DNA from: Thermoanaerobaculia bacterium
GTDB lineage: Bacteria > Acidobacteriota > Thermoanaerobaculia > Multivoradales > UBA5704
NCBI GenBank assembly: GCA_044226625.1
Contig: JBGAGQ010000031.1
Location: 1 to 64,000, forward strand
Direction: 5' to 3'
Length of the DNA stretch: 64,000 nt
In this document: in pieces, positions 47,828 to 57,582 of the stretch
How positions within the stretch are numbered: the stretch's first letter is position 1
Layout of the letters: the number at the start of each line of letters is the position of its first letter
The notes under the pieces: model-generated
Told to the model about the DNA's origin: nothing
The model's database searches: none
The model's input: the letters and a program-made list of their open reading frames with translations, nothing else
Made by a program: the position numbers and the translations under genes

Positions 47828-48939
47828 GAGGGATCGCGGCGTTCCTGCTCACCGGTCTTATCTTCTTTGGGGCTGCCGGCCTAGGCCTGGCGTTGGCGGA
47901 CGACGGAGGTCGGAGCACGGTCGAGCGTCGGCTGGGCTCGATGGGCACCTCGCTCGATCTTTCGGTCGCCGGGCCCACGCGCCGCCAGGCGCTGGCCGCG
48001 AGCGAAGCGGCGGTTCAGGCGATCGAAGCCGCCGAACGCCGCCTTTCGACCTGGAGAGCGGATAGCGAGCTTGCCCGATTCCTGCGCGCTTCGGCGGGAA
48101 CGCCGGTCGCGATCTCTCCCGCGCTCGCCGCGGACCTGTCGGCCGCGATCTCCTGCGCGCGAGAGACCGGCGGCGCGTTCGACCCGACCGTGGGTCCGCT
48201 GGTCGCGGCTTGGGGTCTCCGCTCCGGTGGGCGCCTTCCGAGCGACCGGGAGATCGAGGCGGCGCGGCGGGCGACCGGCGTTTCCGGCCTGCGGCTGTCG
48301 ACCGACCGCGAAAGTCGGTCGGTTGCGACTCGGGATCGGGCGGACCTCGTCATCGACGAGGGAGGCTTCGGAAAAGGGGCCGCCCTGGCCAATGCGCTCG
48401 AAGCGCTGCAAGGTTTTCCGGAGATCTCCCTCGCGACGCTCGATTTCGGCGGGCAGGTGGCGCTTTACGGCCGGCAAGCGGTTCGCATCGCGCTCGCCGA
48501 CCCCGATCGTCGAGACCGGGAGGTGCTCGAGGTGACCGTCGAAGGTGGGTCGCTCTCGACGTCGGGCGACGGCGAGCGCGGGGTGGTGGTAGAGGGCAGG
48601 CGGATCGGCCATCTACTCGATCCGCGCACGGGCCGTCCGGCTCCCGATTTCGGCAGCTTGACGATCTGGGCTGCCGATCCGCTCCGCGCCGACTGCCTCT
48701 CGACTGGCCTCTACGTACTCGGACCGGAGGCGGCGCTCGCGTGGGCCGAGGCCCACCCGGGTATCGAAGTGCTCGCACTGGTACGAGGACGAAGCGGTCC
48801 GGGGGAGCCCGCCGGCCTCAAGGCGCTCGCATCCGCCGGATGGCAGGGGCGGCTTCGGGTCCTCGTCCCCGACCTGTCCATCGAGGAGTTACCGCACTCC
48901 GTGACCGAAAGGATCGGTCCGGTTGGGTCGAGGAACTGA
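47824..48939 (+). CDS. apbE: FAD:protein FMN transferase (ApbE)
   Basis: MGT, STWRADSEL, TGGAFDPTVGPL, DEGGFGKG, STSGD, GHLLDPRTG, ADCLSTGL. Confidence 0.88.
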   Translation: MRGIAAFLLTGLIFFGAAGLGLALADDGGRSTVERRLGSMGTSLDLSVAGPTRRQALAASEAAVQAIEAAERRLSTWRADSELARFLRASAGTPVAISPALAADLSAAISCARETGGAFDPTVGPLVAAWGLRSGGRLPSDREIEAARRATGVSGLRLSTDRESRSVATRDRADLVIDEGGFGKGAALANALEALQGFPEISLATLDFGGQVALYGRQAVRIALADPDRRDREVLEVTVEGGSLSTSGDGERGVVVEGRRIGHLLDPRTGRPAPDFGSLTIWAADPLRADCLSTGLYVLGPEAALAWAEAHPGIEVLALVRGRSGPGEPAGLKALASAGWQGRLRVLVPDLSIEELPHSVTERIGPVGSRN

Positions 48940-48966
48940 GCTCAGTGAAGTAAGGAAGACAAACAC

Positions 48967-49039
48967 CGGAGGGGGCGGGCCGTGGGCTGGAACCTGACCG
49001 CCCGTCCCCTCCGTTTACGAGCGCGGCCGGCAAGCCGCG
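48967..49039 (+). other. Two GC-rich stem-loops between apbE and the porin gene
   Basis: CGGAGGGGGCGGGC...GCCCGTCCCCTCCG and GCGCGGC...GCCGCGC just before the GGAGG RBS. Confidence 0.45.
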
Positions 49040-49055
49040 CCGGAGGAAACTCTAC

Positions 49056-49820
49056 ATGAAGATCCCGAGATCTCTCGCTTGGCGGCTCGGCCTGACGCTG
49101 GGGGCGGCGCTTTTCGGCGTCTCGGCGACGTTCGCCCAAGCGCCAGTTCCCGCGGCTCCAGCCGAGGAGCGCATCCTTCAATTGGAGCGGGAGGTTGCTG
49201 CCCTCCGCGCCGCGATCGAAGCCCTCAAGAATTCAGATCTCGAGAAGCCTCAACCGATGCCCGAGCCGAAGGTCGAACCGGCCCCGGACAAGCTCGCCGA
49301 GGTCGAGGCGAAGATCGACGTGCTCGCTGCGGAGATCGAAAAGCTCAAGATCGGCGAGGCGGCGGTAGTCGCGGATCTGGGCGGCCAAGCCCGAAGCGAA
49401 CAGGGGATGGGACCCGCGGCCTCGAAGGTCTACCGCGCCGAGCGCGGCGTCTCGATCGGCGGTTACGGCGAGGCGCTCTACCAGAATTTCGACGCGGAGA
49501 CCGACGACGGCGCTCCCTCCGAAGAGACGGACGAGCTGGCGCTCGAGCGCGCCGTGGTCTACGTCGGCTACAAATGGAACGACCGCTTCCTGTTCAACTC
49601 CGAGGTGGAGTTCGAGGACGCGGGGGAAGAGGTGTCGGTCGAGTTCGCCGGATCGAGCCGGCGGATCGCCGCGGGAGGATCGACCCATTTACCGGCTCCC
49701 AGACGAAGGTCGGCGCCGAACGAGCGTTGGACCGAACCGAGGCGCACCCAGCCGTTGTCCAGACCCGCTCCGCCGGTCGTTTCGGTGCGGAGCGCCTGGA
49801 TCGCGAGATCGACGGCGTAG
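49056..49820 (+). pseudogene. Outer-membrane porin-like protein, truncated at about 49650
   Basis: Signal peptide, coiled coil, GPAASKVY, SIGGYGE, and beta-strands VYVGYKWNDRFLFNSEVEFE..VSVEFA; then an abrupt switch to antisense-like R/P-rich sequence. Confidence 0.7.
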
Positions 49821-50332
49821 CCTGCGGCCATCTCGCGCAGATCGAGCGCGGCACCCGGGGCGAGCGTCGCTGTCCCCTTCTTGGCATCGATCACGATCCG
49901 AAAGCAGGAAGGCGGTCCCTCCGGCTGCGGCCCCTTGGCCAGGAGCCCCGGTCCCCGGCCGAACGGAGCCAGGATGCCTTCGGACCAGAAGCAGGCGCCC
50001 TGCGCGCGATCGAGCAGGGCGAGCATCTCGGCGTCGTACGGATGGGGCGCTCCGTCGCCGGGCTGCAGCTTGCCGAGACGATCCTCGAAGCCGCGGATCG
50101 CGGCGAGAGCCGCCTCGAGCGCGGGCGCTTTGCCTTTCGGATCGGCACCCTGCGGGAGATCGCGCACGACGGTGCGGATTTCACCGTCGGCGCCGAAGGC
50201 TTGAAACCCGAGGGAGAGCACTCGCGACTCGGCAAAGGCCGGCGCTCGGACGAGCAGCGAAACCAGCGCGATTCGGACGATCGCCCTCGGGGTCGACGTC
50301 GCGCGAGGTTTCGAGACGGACGTGGATCTCAC
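49568..50332 (-). pseudogene. Divergent ApbE-like protein, C-terminally truncated
   Basis: AALAAIRGFE, ALLDRAQ..WSEGILAP, LDLREMAAGYAVDLAIQAL resemble ApbE; STSG and HxxDP motifs absent; overlaps the porin fragment head-on. Confidence 0.55.
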
Positions 50333-50333
50333 C

Positions 50334-51350
50334 TCAGACCTCCCCCGGGGCGAGGGCGGGCGGGCGCTCCCGTTCGAGCGTCGCCTCTTCATGGCGGCCC
50401 AGGGCGGCGAGGTCCCGGACCAACGCGTGCCGCGCGCGCCGCGATTCGCCCGGGGCACGGCCGGCGTCGATCAGCGAGAGCCCCTTTCGCGCCGTGACGA
50501 TCGAGTCGCTCAAGCGTCCGGCCTCACGCAGGATCTCGGCGCGGCGCAGCTGGGCGAGCCCCTCGAAATGGCGGTCTCGCGCGGTGCGGAACGAACGGCT
50601 CGCCCGGTCGATCGCGGTGAGCGCCTCGCCGAAACGTCGTTGGGCGAGCCGGAGGGCGGCCTCGAAGTCGAGCAGCTGGGCGCGCGAGAGGATGTCGCCC
50701 GAGCCCGCCTCGAGATGCTCGTAACCCGATCCGAGCTCCCGTTCCGCCGCGGCGAGATTCCCTTCGGCGAGCCGCGCGAGGCCGAGCGCGGTGTGGCACT
50801 GCGTGAAGAGATCTTCGACGCACGATCCGCCGTAGACCTTGGGATCGATCCGATCGAGCACCACGAGCGCCTCGAGGGCGAGCTCCGCAGCCGGGCTCGA
50901 AGCGAGAGCCGGTTCGGCGAGAACGGCGGTCGCCGTTCCCGGGTCGCGGCGCAAGTCGCGTTCCATCGGGTGGTGATCTGCGCCCTCCTCGCGCGGCGCG
51001 GCCCTCCCGCCCTCGGCGCCCGCCGCCTCGCGGATCTCGTTGCTCTCGGCGAGCAGTCGCTCGGCGACGGCCCAGAGGTGCAGGTCGGGATCCCGCTCCA
51101 GCCGGAGGCGCCGCTCTTCCGGCGGCAGGTCGCGCAGCTCCTCGACCCGGAACACCGCCTCGCCTCTCTCCTGCTCCAGGCGCGCGAGATGAGCCCAGGC
51201 GCCCCGAGCCAGGCGGTTGGGCGAGAGAAAATCTTCGCCTTCGGCCTCGGAGCCCCGATCGGTGGGGCGGTCGCCCAAGGCGGGGCCGAGGATCTGGCGG
51301 ACCAGATCGGCGAGGACGCCCGGGGGTGGTGGATCCTTACGATCAGGCAT
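50334..51350 (-). CDS. TPR-like helical repeat protein
   Basis: Helical repeats (LGLARLAEGNLAAAE, LRLAQRRFGEALTAI, LAALGRHEEA); overlaps the upstream sigma-like gene. Confidence 0.7.
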   Translation of the reverse strand: MPDRKDPPPPGVLADLVRQILGPALGDRPTDRGSEAEGEDFLSPNRLARGAWAHLARLEQERGEAVFRVEELRDLPPEERRLRLERDPDLHLWAVAERLLAESNEIREAAGAEGGRAAPREEGADHHPMERDLRRDPGTATAVLAEPALASSPAAELALEALVVLDRIDPKVYGGSCVEDLFTQCHTALGLARLAEGNLAAAERELGSGYEHLEAGSGDILSRAQLLDFEAALRLAQRRFGEALTAIDRASRSFRTARDRHFEGLAQLRRAEILREAGRLSDSIVTARKGLSLIDAGRAPGESRRARHALVRDLAALGRHEEATLERERPPALAPGEV

Positions 51351-51831
51351 CGGAGCTCTCGAGGGTCAGGCCATCCCGCAGCATACGCCGAGACAGGGCG
51401 GTAAGGCAGCGCATGGTTTCGAGGTCCAGCCGAGAGCCATCGTCGGCCTCGGCCGATCCGGCGGCCGATGATGGCGCGGCCTCCAGGCCGTAGCGTTGCG
51501 CGATCCGCTCGCGGCAGGCGGGCGAGAGGCGCGCCGCCAGAGCGCCCAGGCGCGTTCGCACGCTCTCCTTCTCTTCGATCGGGACGTCCTCGCCGGCGAA
51601 GACGCTGAGCAAGCCGGCGTCGAGAGAGCGGCAGAGGTTCTCGCGTTGGTCGCGCCAGTAGAGCAGGCAGCTGTTCTGCAACGTGGTGAGGAGCCAGCGT
51701 TCCGGCTGGGCGATCAGCTGCCGCTTGAGCTGCAAGGTCCGGAACAGCTCTTCGACGATCGCCTCGGCGGCCTCGACCGGAATCCGATATCGCGCGAGGA
51801 TGCGCGCCATCTTCGGTTGCAGGTCGAACAT
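51343..51831 (-). CDS. Degenerate ECF sigma-factor-like protein
   Basis: ILARYRIPVEAAEAIVEE..PERWLLTTLQNSCLLYWR (region 2-like) and RLSPACRERIAQRYG..RCLTAL (region 4-like, HTH apparently replaced); start uncertain. Confidence 0.55.
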   Translation of the reverse strand: MFDLQPKMARILARYRIPVEAAEAIVEELFRTLQLKRQLIAQPERWLLTTLQNSCLLYWRDQRENLCRSLDAGLLSVFAGEDVPIEEKESVRTRLGALAARLSPACRERIAQRYGLEAAPSSAAGSAEADDGSRLDLETMRCLTALSRRMLRDGLTLESSDA

Positions 51832-51875
51832 GGGATCGCGCGCCGGTTCCGGTGAGAGAGGTCGCTGGTCGACGC

Positions 51876-53153
51876 TCAGCTCTCGCCTTCCGGTCCGAGC
51901 AGCCGAACCTTGGCGAAACGCCGCTTGCCGACCTTGACCAGATACGGCTCGGCGCGCGGCGTGAGCTCTCGGTTCGGATCGCCCGCCCGCTCGCCGTCGA
52001 TCGAGACCGCCCCCTGCTGGATCAGGCGCCGTGCCTCGGCGTTGCTCTCGGCGAGCTCGGCGGCGGAGAGCAGCTTGCCGAGCAGCCACGGTCCGGACAG
52101 CGAGCGCTCCTCGACTTCGTCGGGCACCCCGCCGCCGCCGTGAACCCGATCGAATTCCGCGGCGGCCTCGACCGCCGCCTCGTCGCCGTGAAACTCGGCG
52201 GTGATCCGGCGCGCGAGCTCCTGCTTCGCGGCCTTCGGGTGGAGCGTGCCCGCGGCGACCTCGCGCTTCATCCGATCGATCTCGGCGACCGGGAGATCGG
52301 TGAGCAGCAGGTACCAATCCCACATGGGGGCGTCCGGCAGCGACATGGTTTTACCGAACATGTCGCGAGGCGAGTCTTCGAGCGCGATCGCGTTGCCCAG
52401 GCTCTTCGACATCTTCTCGGTGCCGTCGGTGCCGACGAGGAGAGGCACGGTGAGCGCGACCTGCGGCTCCATCCCGTCTTCTTTCATCAGATCGCGGCCG
52501 ACCAGCAGGTTGAAGATCTGATCGTGGCCGCCGAGCTCGACATCCGCCTTGAGCGCCACCGAGTCGTACCCCTGAGCGAGCGGGTAGAGCAACTCGTGAA
52601 GATAGATCGGCTGATGGCTCTGGAACCGGGTGCGGAAATCGTCGCGCTCCATCATCCGCGCGAGCGTGTAGCGGCCGGCCAGGCGCACCATGCCGTCGGC
52701 GCCGAGCGGATCGAGCCAGCGGCCGTTCTCGTCGACCACCGTGAGCTCCCGGTCGAGGATCCGGTAGACCTGCTCGAGATAGGTCTTCGCGTTCTCGGCC
52801 ACCTGTTCGGCGGAAAGCTGAGGCCGAGTCGTCTTCTTTCCCGTCGGATCGCCGATCCGTGCCGTGAACGTACCGATCAAGAACACCACCCGATGGCCGA
52901 GCCGCTGGAAGTGGCGCATCTTCCGGAGCAGCACGGTATGGCCGAGATGGAGGTCGGGCGACGAGGGATCGAAACCCGCCTTGACGGTGAGCGGTTTGCC
53001 CGTCTTTCGAGAGCGCTCGAGTTTGGCGCGCAGCTGCGCCTCGTCGATCAGGTCGACCGCGCCGCGTCGCAGCAGCTCCATCTGCTCGTCGACGGGTGGG
53101 AACGTGGCCGGATGGGCGGGCTGGGACGCGAGGGTCGCGGACGGGTCGGTCAT
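51876..53153 (-). CDS. tyrS: Tyrosine--tRNA ligase
   Basis: GFDPSSPDLHLGH, IGDPTGK, YPLAQGYD, GGHDQIFN, KMSKS, C-terminal S4 domain; ATG overlaps the dapF stop. Confidence 0.96.
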   Translation of the reverse strand: MTDPSATLASQPAHPATFPPVDEQMELLRRGAVDLIDEAQLRAKLERSRKTGKPLTVKAGFDPSSPDLHLGHTVLLRKMRHFQRLGHRVVFLIGTFTARIGDPTGKKTTRPQLSAEQVAENAKTYLEQVYRILDRELTVVDENGRWLDPLGADGMVRLAGRYTLARMMERDDFRTRFQSHQPIYLHELLYPLAQGYDSVALKADVELGGHDQIFNLLVGRDLMKEDGMEPQVALTVPLLVGTDGTEKMSKSLGNAIALEDSPRDMFGKTMSLPDAPMWDWYLLLTDLPVAEIDRMKREVAAGTLHPKAAKQELARRITAEFHGDEAAVEAAAEFDRVHGGGGVPDEVEERSLSGPWLLGKLLSAAELAESNAEARRLIQQGAVSIDGERAGDPNRELTPRAEPYLVKVGKRRFAKVRLLGPEGES

Positions 53154-54019
53154 CGAGGGATTTCCCATGGGGGTGCGGGCGGCGAAAGCGCGGCCTCCGA
53201 AAGCAGCTCGCCGGTTGCGACGAGCCGAGCGTCGCCGATCAGCGACCAGCGGCGGGGGGGCGAGTCGGCTTTCTCGCCGCGAGCCTCTTCGCCGGCCACC
53301 TCGAGCGTTACCCCGCTCTGGGTGGCCACCGTGAGCGGAAGCTCCGCAAGGCCGAGCGCCAGGCCTACCGCCGCCGAGGCGAGGACGCCGGTGCCGCAAG
53401 AGAGGGTCTCCCCCTCGACGCCACGCTCGAACGTGCGGATCTCCATCCGCCGTCGGTCGCCTTCGGGGGGGAAACGGACGAGGTCGACGTTCGCCCCCGG
53501 AGGGCCGAGCGCGGGATGGCTGCGAAGCGGCGGACCGAGCGTTTCGATCGGCACCGTAGCGAGGCTCTCGGGCCAGAGCAGGACGAGGTGGGGCACGCCG
53601 ACGGTGATCGCGTGCACCGCGAAGGTCTCTCCGAGCACTTCGAGCGACAGGGGTCGCGGGATTTCCTTCGGAAACGGCAGGTCGATCGCGATGCGAGAAT
53701 CGGGCAGCAGGCGGGCGGCCCAAGTTCCGGCATCGGTGCGGATCGCGAGCGATTCCTCCGGATCTCCCCAACCCAGCTCGAACGCAAGGCGTGCGGCGCA
53801 ACGCGTGCCGTTCAGGCAGAGGTCTGCCGGATAGCCGTCGGCATTCCAGTAGGTCATTTCGACCCCGGCTCCTTCGGGTCGGATCGTGAACAGACCGTCC
53901 GCTCCGAGGGAGATTCCGCGCCGGCACCAGGCTTGGATCTCGTCCGGTCCCGGCACGGCCTCCGGTTCGGGGAGGGCGATGAAATCGTTGCCGCTCCCCG
54001 AGAGCTTGAAGAACCTCAT
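53150..54019 (-). CDS. dapF: Diaminopimelate epimerase
   Basis: GSGNDF, GADG, NADG..LCLNGTRC, GVPH, GANVD, TFERGVEGETLSCGTG. Confidence 0.93.
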   Translation of the reverse strand: MRFFKLSGSGNDFIALPEPEAVPGPDEIQAWCRRGISLGADGLFTIRPEGAGVEMTYWNADGYPADLCLNGTRCAARLAFELGWGDPEESLAIRTDAGTWAARLLPDSRIAIDLPFPKEIPRPLSLEVLGETFAVHAITVGVPHLVLLWPESLATVPIETLGPPLRSHPALGPPGANVDLVRFPPEGDRRRMEIRTFERGVEGETLSCGTGVLASAAVGLALGLAELPLTVATQSGVTLEVAGEEARGEKADSPPRRWSLIGDARLVATGELLSEAALSPPAPPWEIPR

Positions 54020-54037
54020 CGTCCTGCTCGCCGGCCT

Positions 54038-55366
54038 TCAGCGCGTGGTCGCCGGAACCTCTTCCGGCGTGCTCTCGTTGCCGGCCTTGTCGACCGCGAC
54101 GACGCGATAGACGTAGTTCCGTCCCGAAGCGACGCTCGTATCCGTGAACTCCGTGTCGGTCGTCGGCTCGACGTTCAGTCGGCGCATTTCGCCCGCTTCG
54201 CGGCGATAGATCCGGTACCCCGCGAGGTCGGAAGCGTCGCTGGCGTTCCAGACCAGGCGGACCTGACCCTGCTCGGCGAGCGCCACGAGACCGCTGACCG
54301 GCGGCGGCGCGTAACGGTCCGCGTACCGAACCTCGCGCTCGCTCTGGATCGCGCTCTCGATGAGCGGCGCCCGTTGGCTCACGGTGGTGACGGCGTAGAT
54401 GTAGCTCGCGCCCAGCTGGGCCGAGGCGTCGGTCACGCTGACCGTCGGCGCCATCACCGCTTGAAGCGGCTTACCGTAGGTCTTCACGGCCGCGTCGCGC
54501 CGATAGACGAGATAGCCGAGCGCGCCATCGACCGGCTTCCAGGCGAGGTCGATGCCCCCGGCTCGCGGCGTCGCAGAAATCTCCTCCGGCGGGGTGGGCG
54601 GCTTGCGCGGCAGGATGCGCGCCATGTTCGACGGCTCGGAGCGGTCGCCGTCCGGTCCGATGGTGCGGATCTGGAAATGGCGGACCGTCACCCCGGCGTC
54701 GGCCTCGACGACCGGCAAGGAGAGGAGGATCTTGTCGCCCGTCGTCGCCGCGCCCACGTCGGCGGCCGCGAGCGAGAGGATCTTCTTGCCGGCGAGCGCG
54801 AACTCCCGAGGATCGAGGGCGGGCGGTCCCGCGTCAGCCACGGGGGCCACCGGCGTCGGCGGAGGCGCCGTGCCCGCCGGTCCGGGGGGCACGGCCGAGC
54901 CGACCGATCCGGGCGCGACGATCGGTTCCGTCGGGGTGTCCGGGGTGGTCGAGCCGGCGGTCGCCGGAGAGGCGTCGGCCGGCGCGGTCGTGGCGGCCGA
55001 AGCGCCGGTCGGCGCCGGCGGGGTCCCCGTGCTTCCCGTCGAGCCGGTCGCGGGCTCCGTGGGTTTCGCCACCGGCGCGACGTAGGGCCGGTCGGCCTCC
55101 CAGACCTCGAGGCCGGTAATGCCGCCCAACGCCTGCCCGCCCGGCGTCACGGCCGGGTAGGTGAGCTCGAGCAGCAGCTGCGCCCCGCGCTGCCGAACCG
55201 AGAGATCCGAGGTCGTCGCGGGCACCGAGCGGAGCGGCGGCAGCGGCGGCCCCTTCTTGCCGCAGGCCGCGAGGGTCATCACCGCCACAAGACTCAGCGC
55301 CAGGCCGAGCGCCGCGAAGAGCAGCTTCCGATCGGAGCCGCGAAGGGAGATCCGGCTAGAGGACAT
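54038..55366 (-). CDS. Lipoprotein with LptM/LppL-like N-terminal motif, P/T/A-rich insert and fibronectin type III domains
   Basis: Lipobox [13 protein letters not shown]; FN3 motifs [29 protein letters not shown]. Confidence 0.8.
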   Translation of the reverse strand: MSSSRISLRGSDRKLLFAALGLALSLVAVMTLAACGKKGPPLPPLRSVPATTSDLSVRQRGAQLLLELTYPAVTPGGQALGGITGLEVWEADRPYVAPVAKPTEPATGSTGSTGTPPAPTGASAATTAPADASPATAGSTTPDTPTEPIVAPGSVGSAVPPGPAGTAPPPTPVAPVADAGPPALDPREFALAGKKILSLAAADVGAATTGDKILLSLPVVEADAGVTVRHFQIRTIGPDGDRSEPSNMARILPRKPPTPPEEISATPRAGGIDLAWKPVDGALGYLVYRRDAAVKTYGKPLQAVMAPTVSVTDASAQLGASYIYAVTTVSQRAPLIESAIQSEREVRYADRYAPPPVSGLVALAEQGQVRLVWNASDASDLAGYRIYRREAGEMRRLNVEPTTDTEFTDTSVASGRNYVYRVVAVDKAGNESTPEEVPATTR

Positions 55367-56744
55367 AGCGCGAGAGGTCCTGGTTCTTGACGATGTCGGA
55401 GAGCGTCGTGCGCACGTTCCCGCCGTCTAAGGTGAGCTGCTTTCCCGCCAGGCTCGGCGCGTCGAAGGAGATCTCGTCGAGCAGACGCTCCATCAAGGTC
55501 GCGAGGCGGCGGGCGCCGATGTTTTCGGTGCTGGCGTTGACCTCGACCGCCATCCGGGCGATCTCGGCCACCGCGTCGTCCGTGAAGGTCATGTCGAGAC
55601 CTTCGGCCGACAGCAGGGCGATGTACTGCTTGGTGAGCGCTGCCTCCGGCTCGGTCAGGATCCGGACGAAGTCGTTCTCCGAGAGCGCGTGCAGCTCGAC
55701 CCGGATCGGGAAGCGCCCCTGGAGCTCGGGGATCAGATCCGAGGGCTTGCTCACGTGGAACGCCCCGGCGGCGATGAACAGAATGTGGTCGGTCTTGACC
55801 ATGCCGTACTTCGACGAGACGGTCGTCCCTTCGACGATCGGCAGCAGGTCGCGCTGCACCCCTTCGCGCGAGATGTCCGGCCCCCGGCCGCCTTCGCGCC
55901 CGGCGATCTTGTCGATCTCGTCGAGGAAGATGATGCCGCCCTGCTCCACCCGGTTCCGCGCCTCGCGCGACACCGCGGCGCGGTCGATCAGCTTCTCGCT
56001 CTCCTGCTGCTCGAGGATCACTCGAGCCTCGGGTACGGCGAGCTGCTGGCGGCGCTTGCGGCCGAACAGACCGGGGAGCATGTCCTTCAGGTTCGCGCCG
56101 ACCTCTTCGACCCCCTGCGGCGTGAACATCTCCATGCTCGAGTAACCCGCCTCCTCGACCTCCACCTCTACCGTCCGGGCGTCGAGCTTGCCGGCGCGGA
56201 GCTTCGAGCGGAACTTCTCCCGCGTCTTCGCCATCTCGTCGTCGTCTTCGTCGGTGTCGCGGGAGAGATACGACGAGACCGGACGGGGAGGCACGAGCAG
56301 CTGGAGCAGGCGATCCTCGGCGCGCGCGATCGCGATCTCGCGCACCGCTTCCCGGCGCTCTTCGCGCACCATGCCGACGGCGATCTCCACCAGGTCGCGC
56401 ACCATCGACTCGACGTCGCGGCCGACGTAGCCCACCTCGGTGAACTTGCTCGCCTCGACTTTGAGGAACGGCGCCTTGGCGAGCTTCGCGAGCCGGCGGG
56501 CGATCTCGGTCTTGCCCACGCCGGTCGGGCCGATCATCAGGATGTTCTTCGGCGCGATCTCTTCCGCGATCTCGGGGGCGAGCTGCTGGCGCCGCCAGCG
56601 GTTGCGCAGGGCGATCGCCACGGCGCGCTTGGCGGCGCGCTGGCCGACCACGTATTTGTCGAGCTCCGCCACGATCTGGCTCGGCGTGAGGTTTTCGAGC
56701 GACGGAGCGAGCGGCTGCCCGTCGGGAGTCGGGGGCGTCGACAT
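55356..56744 (-). CDS. hslU: ATP-dependent protease ATPase subunit HslU
   Basis: [57 protein letters not shown]. Confidence 0.97.
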   Translation of the reverse strand: MSTPPTPDGQPLAPSLENLTPSQIVAELDKYVVGQRAAKRAVAIALRNRWRRQQLAPEIAEEIAPKNILMIGPTGVGKTEIARRLAKLAKAPFLKVEASKFTEVGYVGRDVESMVRDLVEIAVGMVREERREAVREIAIARAEDRLLQLLVPPRPVSSYLSRDTDEDDDEMAKTREKFRSKLRAGKLDARTVEVEVEEAGYSSMEMFTPQGVEEVGANLKDMLPGLFGRKRRQQLAVPEARVILEQQESEKLIDRAAVSREARNRVEQGGIIFLDEIDKIAGREGGRGPDISREGVQRDLLPIVEGTTVSSKYGMVKTDHILFIAAGAFHVSKPSDLIPELQGRFPIRVELHALSENDFVRILTEPEAALTKQYIALLSAEGLDMTFTDDAVAEIARMAVEVNASTENIGARRLATLMERLLDEISFDAPSLAGKQLTLDGGNVRTTLSDIVKNQDLSRYVL

Positions 56745-56754
56745 CTTTTTCGTC

Positions 56755-57297
56755 CTAGAGCTCTTCGACGGTGAGCTGGTCATTGGTGTACACGCAGATC
56801 TCGCTCGCGATCCTCATCGACTCGCGCACGATCTCCGCGGCCGAGAGGTCGGAGTTCCGGACCAGCGCCCGGGCGGCGGCCAGGGCGTAGTTGGCGCCCG
56901 ATCCGACGGAGAGGATGCCGTCCTCGTCGTCCGGCGACAGGAGTTCGCCGGTGCCCGAGATCAGGAAGCTCTTGTCCTTGTCGCTCACGATCATGATCGC
57001 CTGCAACTGGCGCATGGCGCGGTCCGTGCGCCAGTCCTTGGCCAGCTCGACGACCGCGCGCTCGAGGTTCGCTCCATGCTCGTCGAGCTTCTCTTCGAGC
57101 CGGAAGAACAGGGCGAGCGCGTCGGCCGTGCCGCCGGCGAAACCGACCAGCACCTGGCCCTTGCCCGTACGGCGGATCTTCTTCGCCCCGGACTTGACGA
57201 TCGTGCTGTTGTTCATCGTCACCTGGCCGTCGCTCGCCATGCAGACCCGGCCGTTCCGCCGGACGAGAAGGACGGTGGTGGAAAGGAAGGTATCCAT
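56755..57297 (-). CDS. hslV: ATP-dependent protease subunit HslV
   Basis: STTVL (catalytic Thr), [36 protein letters not shown]. Confidence 0.96.
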   Translation of the reverse strand: MDTFLSTTVLLVRRNGRVCMASDGQVTMNNSTIVKSGAKKIRRTGKGQVLVGFAGGTADALALFFRLEEKLDEHGANLERAVVELAKDWRTDRAMRQLQAIMIVSDKDKSFLISGTGELLSPDDEDGILSVGSGANYALAAARALVRNSDLSAAEIVRESMRIASEICVYTNDQLTVEEL

Positions 57298-57309
57298 ATC
57301 GAGCCCGGC

Positions 57310-57318
57310 ATTGTAGCA
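57310..57318 (-). promoter_or_regulatory. Extended -10 element upstream of hslV
   Basis: TGCTACAAT on the minus strand, 12 nt before the ATG. Confidence 0.45.
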
Positions 57319-57582
57319 GCCCTCGCGCCGGGGCTTCGGGGTGGCAATGAGGTGGCCGCGGAATCGCCGACGGTTCGACTCGGTTCGGATGCGGACCGGC
57401 ATTCCCTCGGAGAAATGGGGCGGCCCTCGATAGGGCGAAATGGTGGCCGTGTGGTCGCTCGACGCGCCAGGCCAAAGTTAGATCCGCCCGAGGTAACGCT
57501 TCCAAGGTTCTGTTCTCCGCTCCGCGGACCCGCGTCCGAGCAGCACGATCCGCCGCCCGGAGCCCGCCGCTCCCGCGCCGAT

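Noticed and set aside
57298-57582. CIRCE/CtsR heat-shock operator or small RNA upstream of hslV
   Set aside because: No TTAGCACTC-N9-GAGTGCTAA or other convincing repeat or structure found
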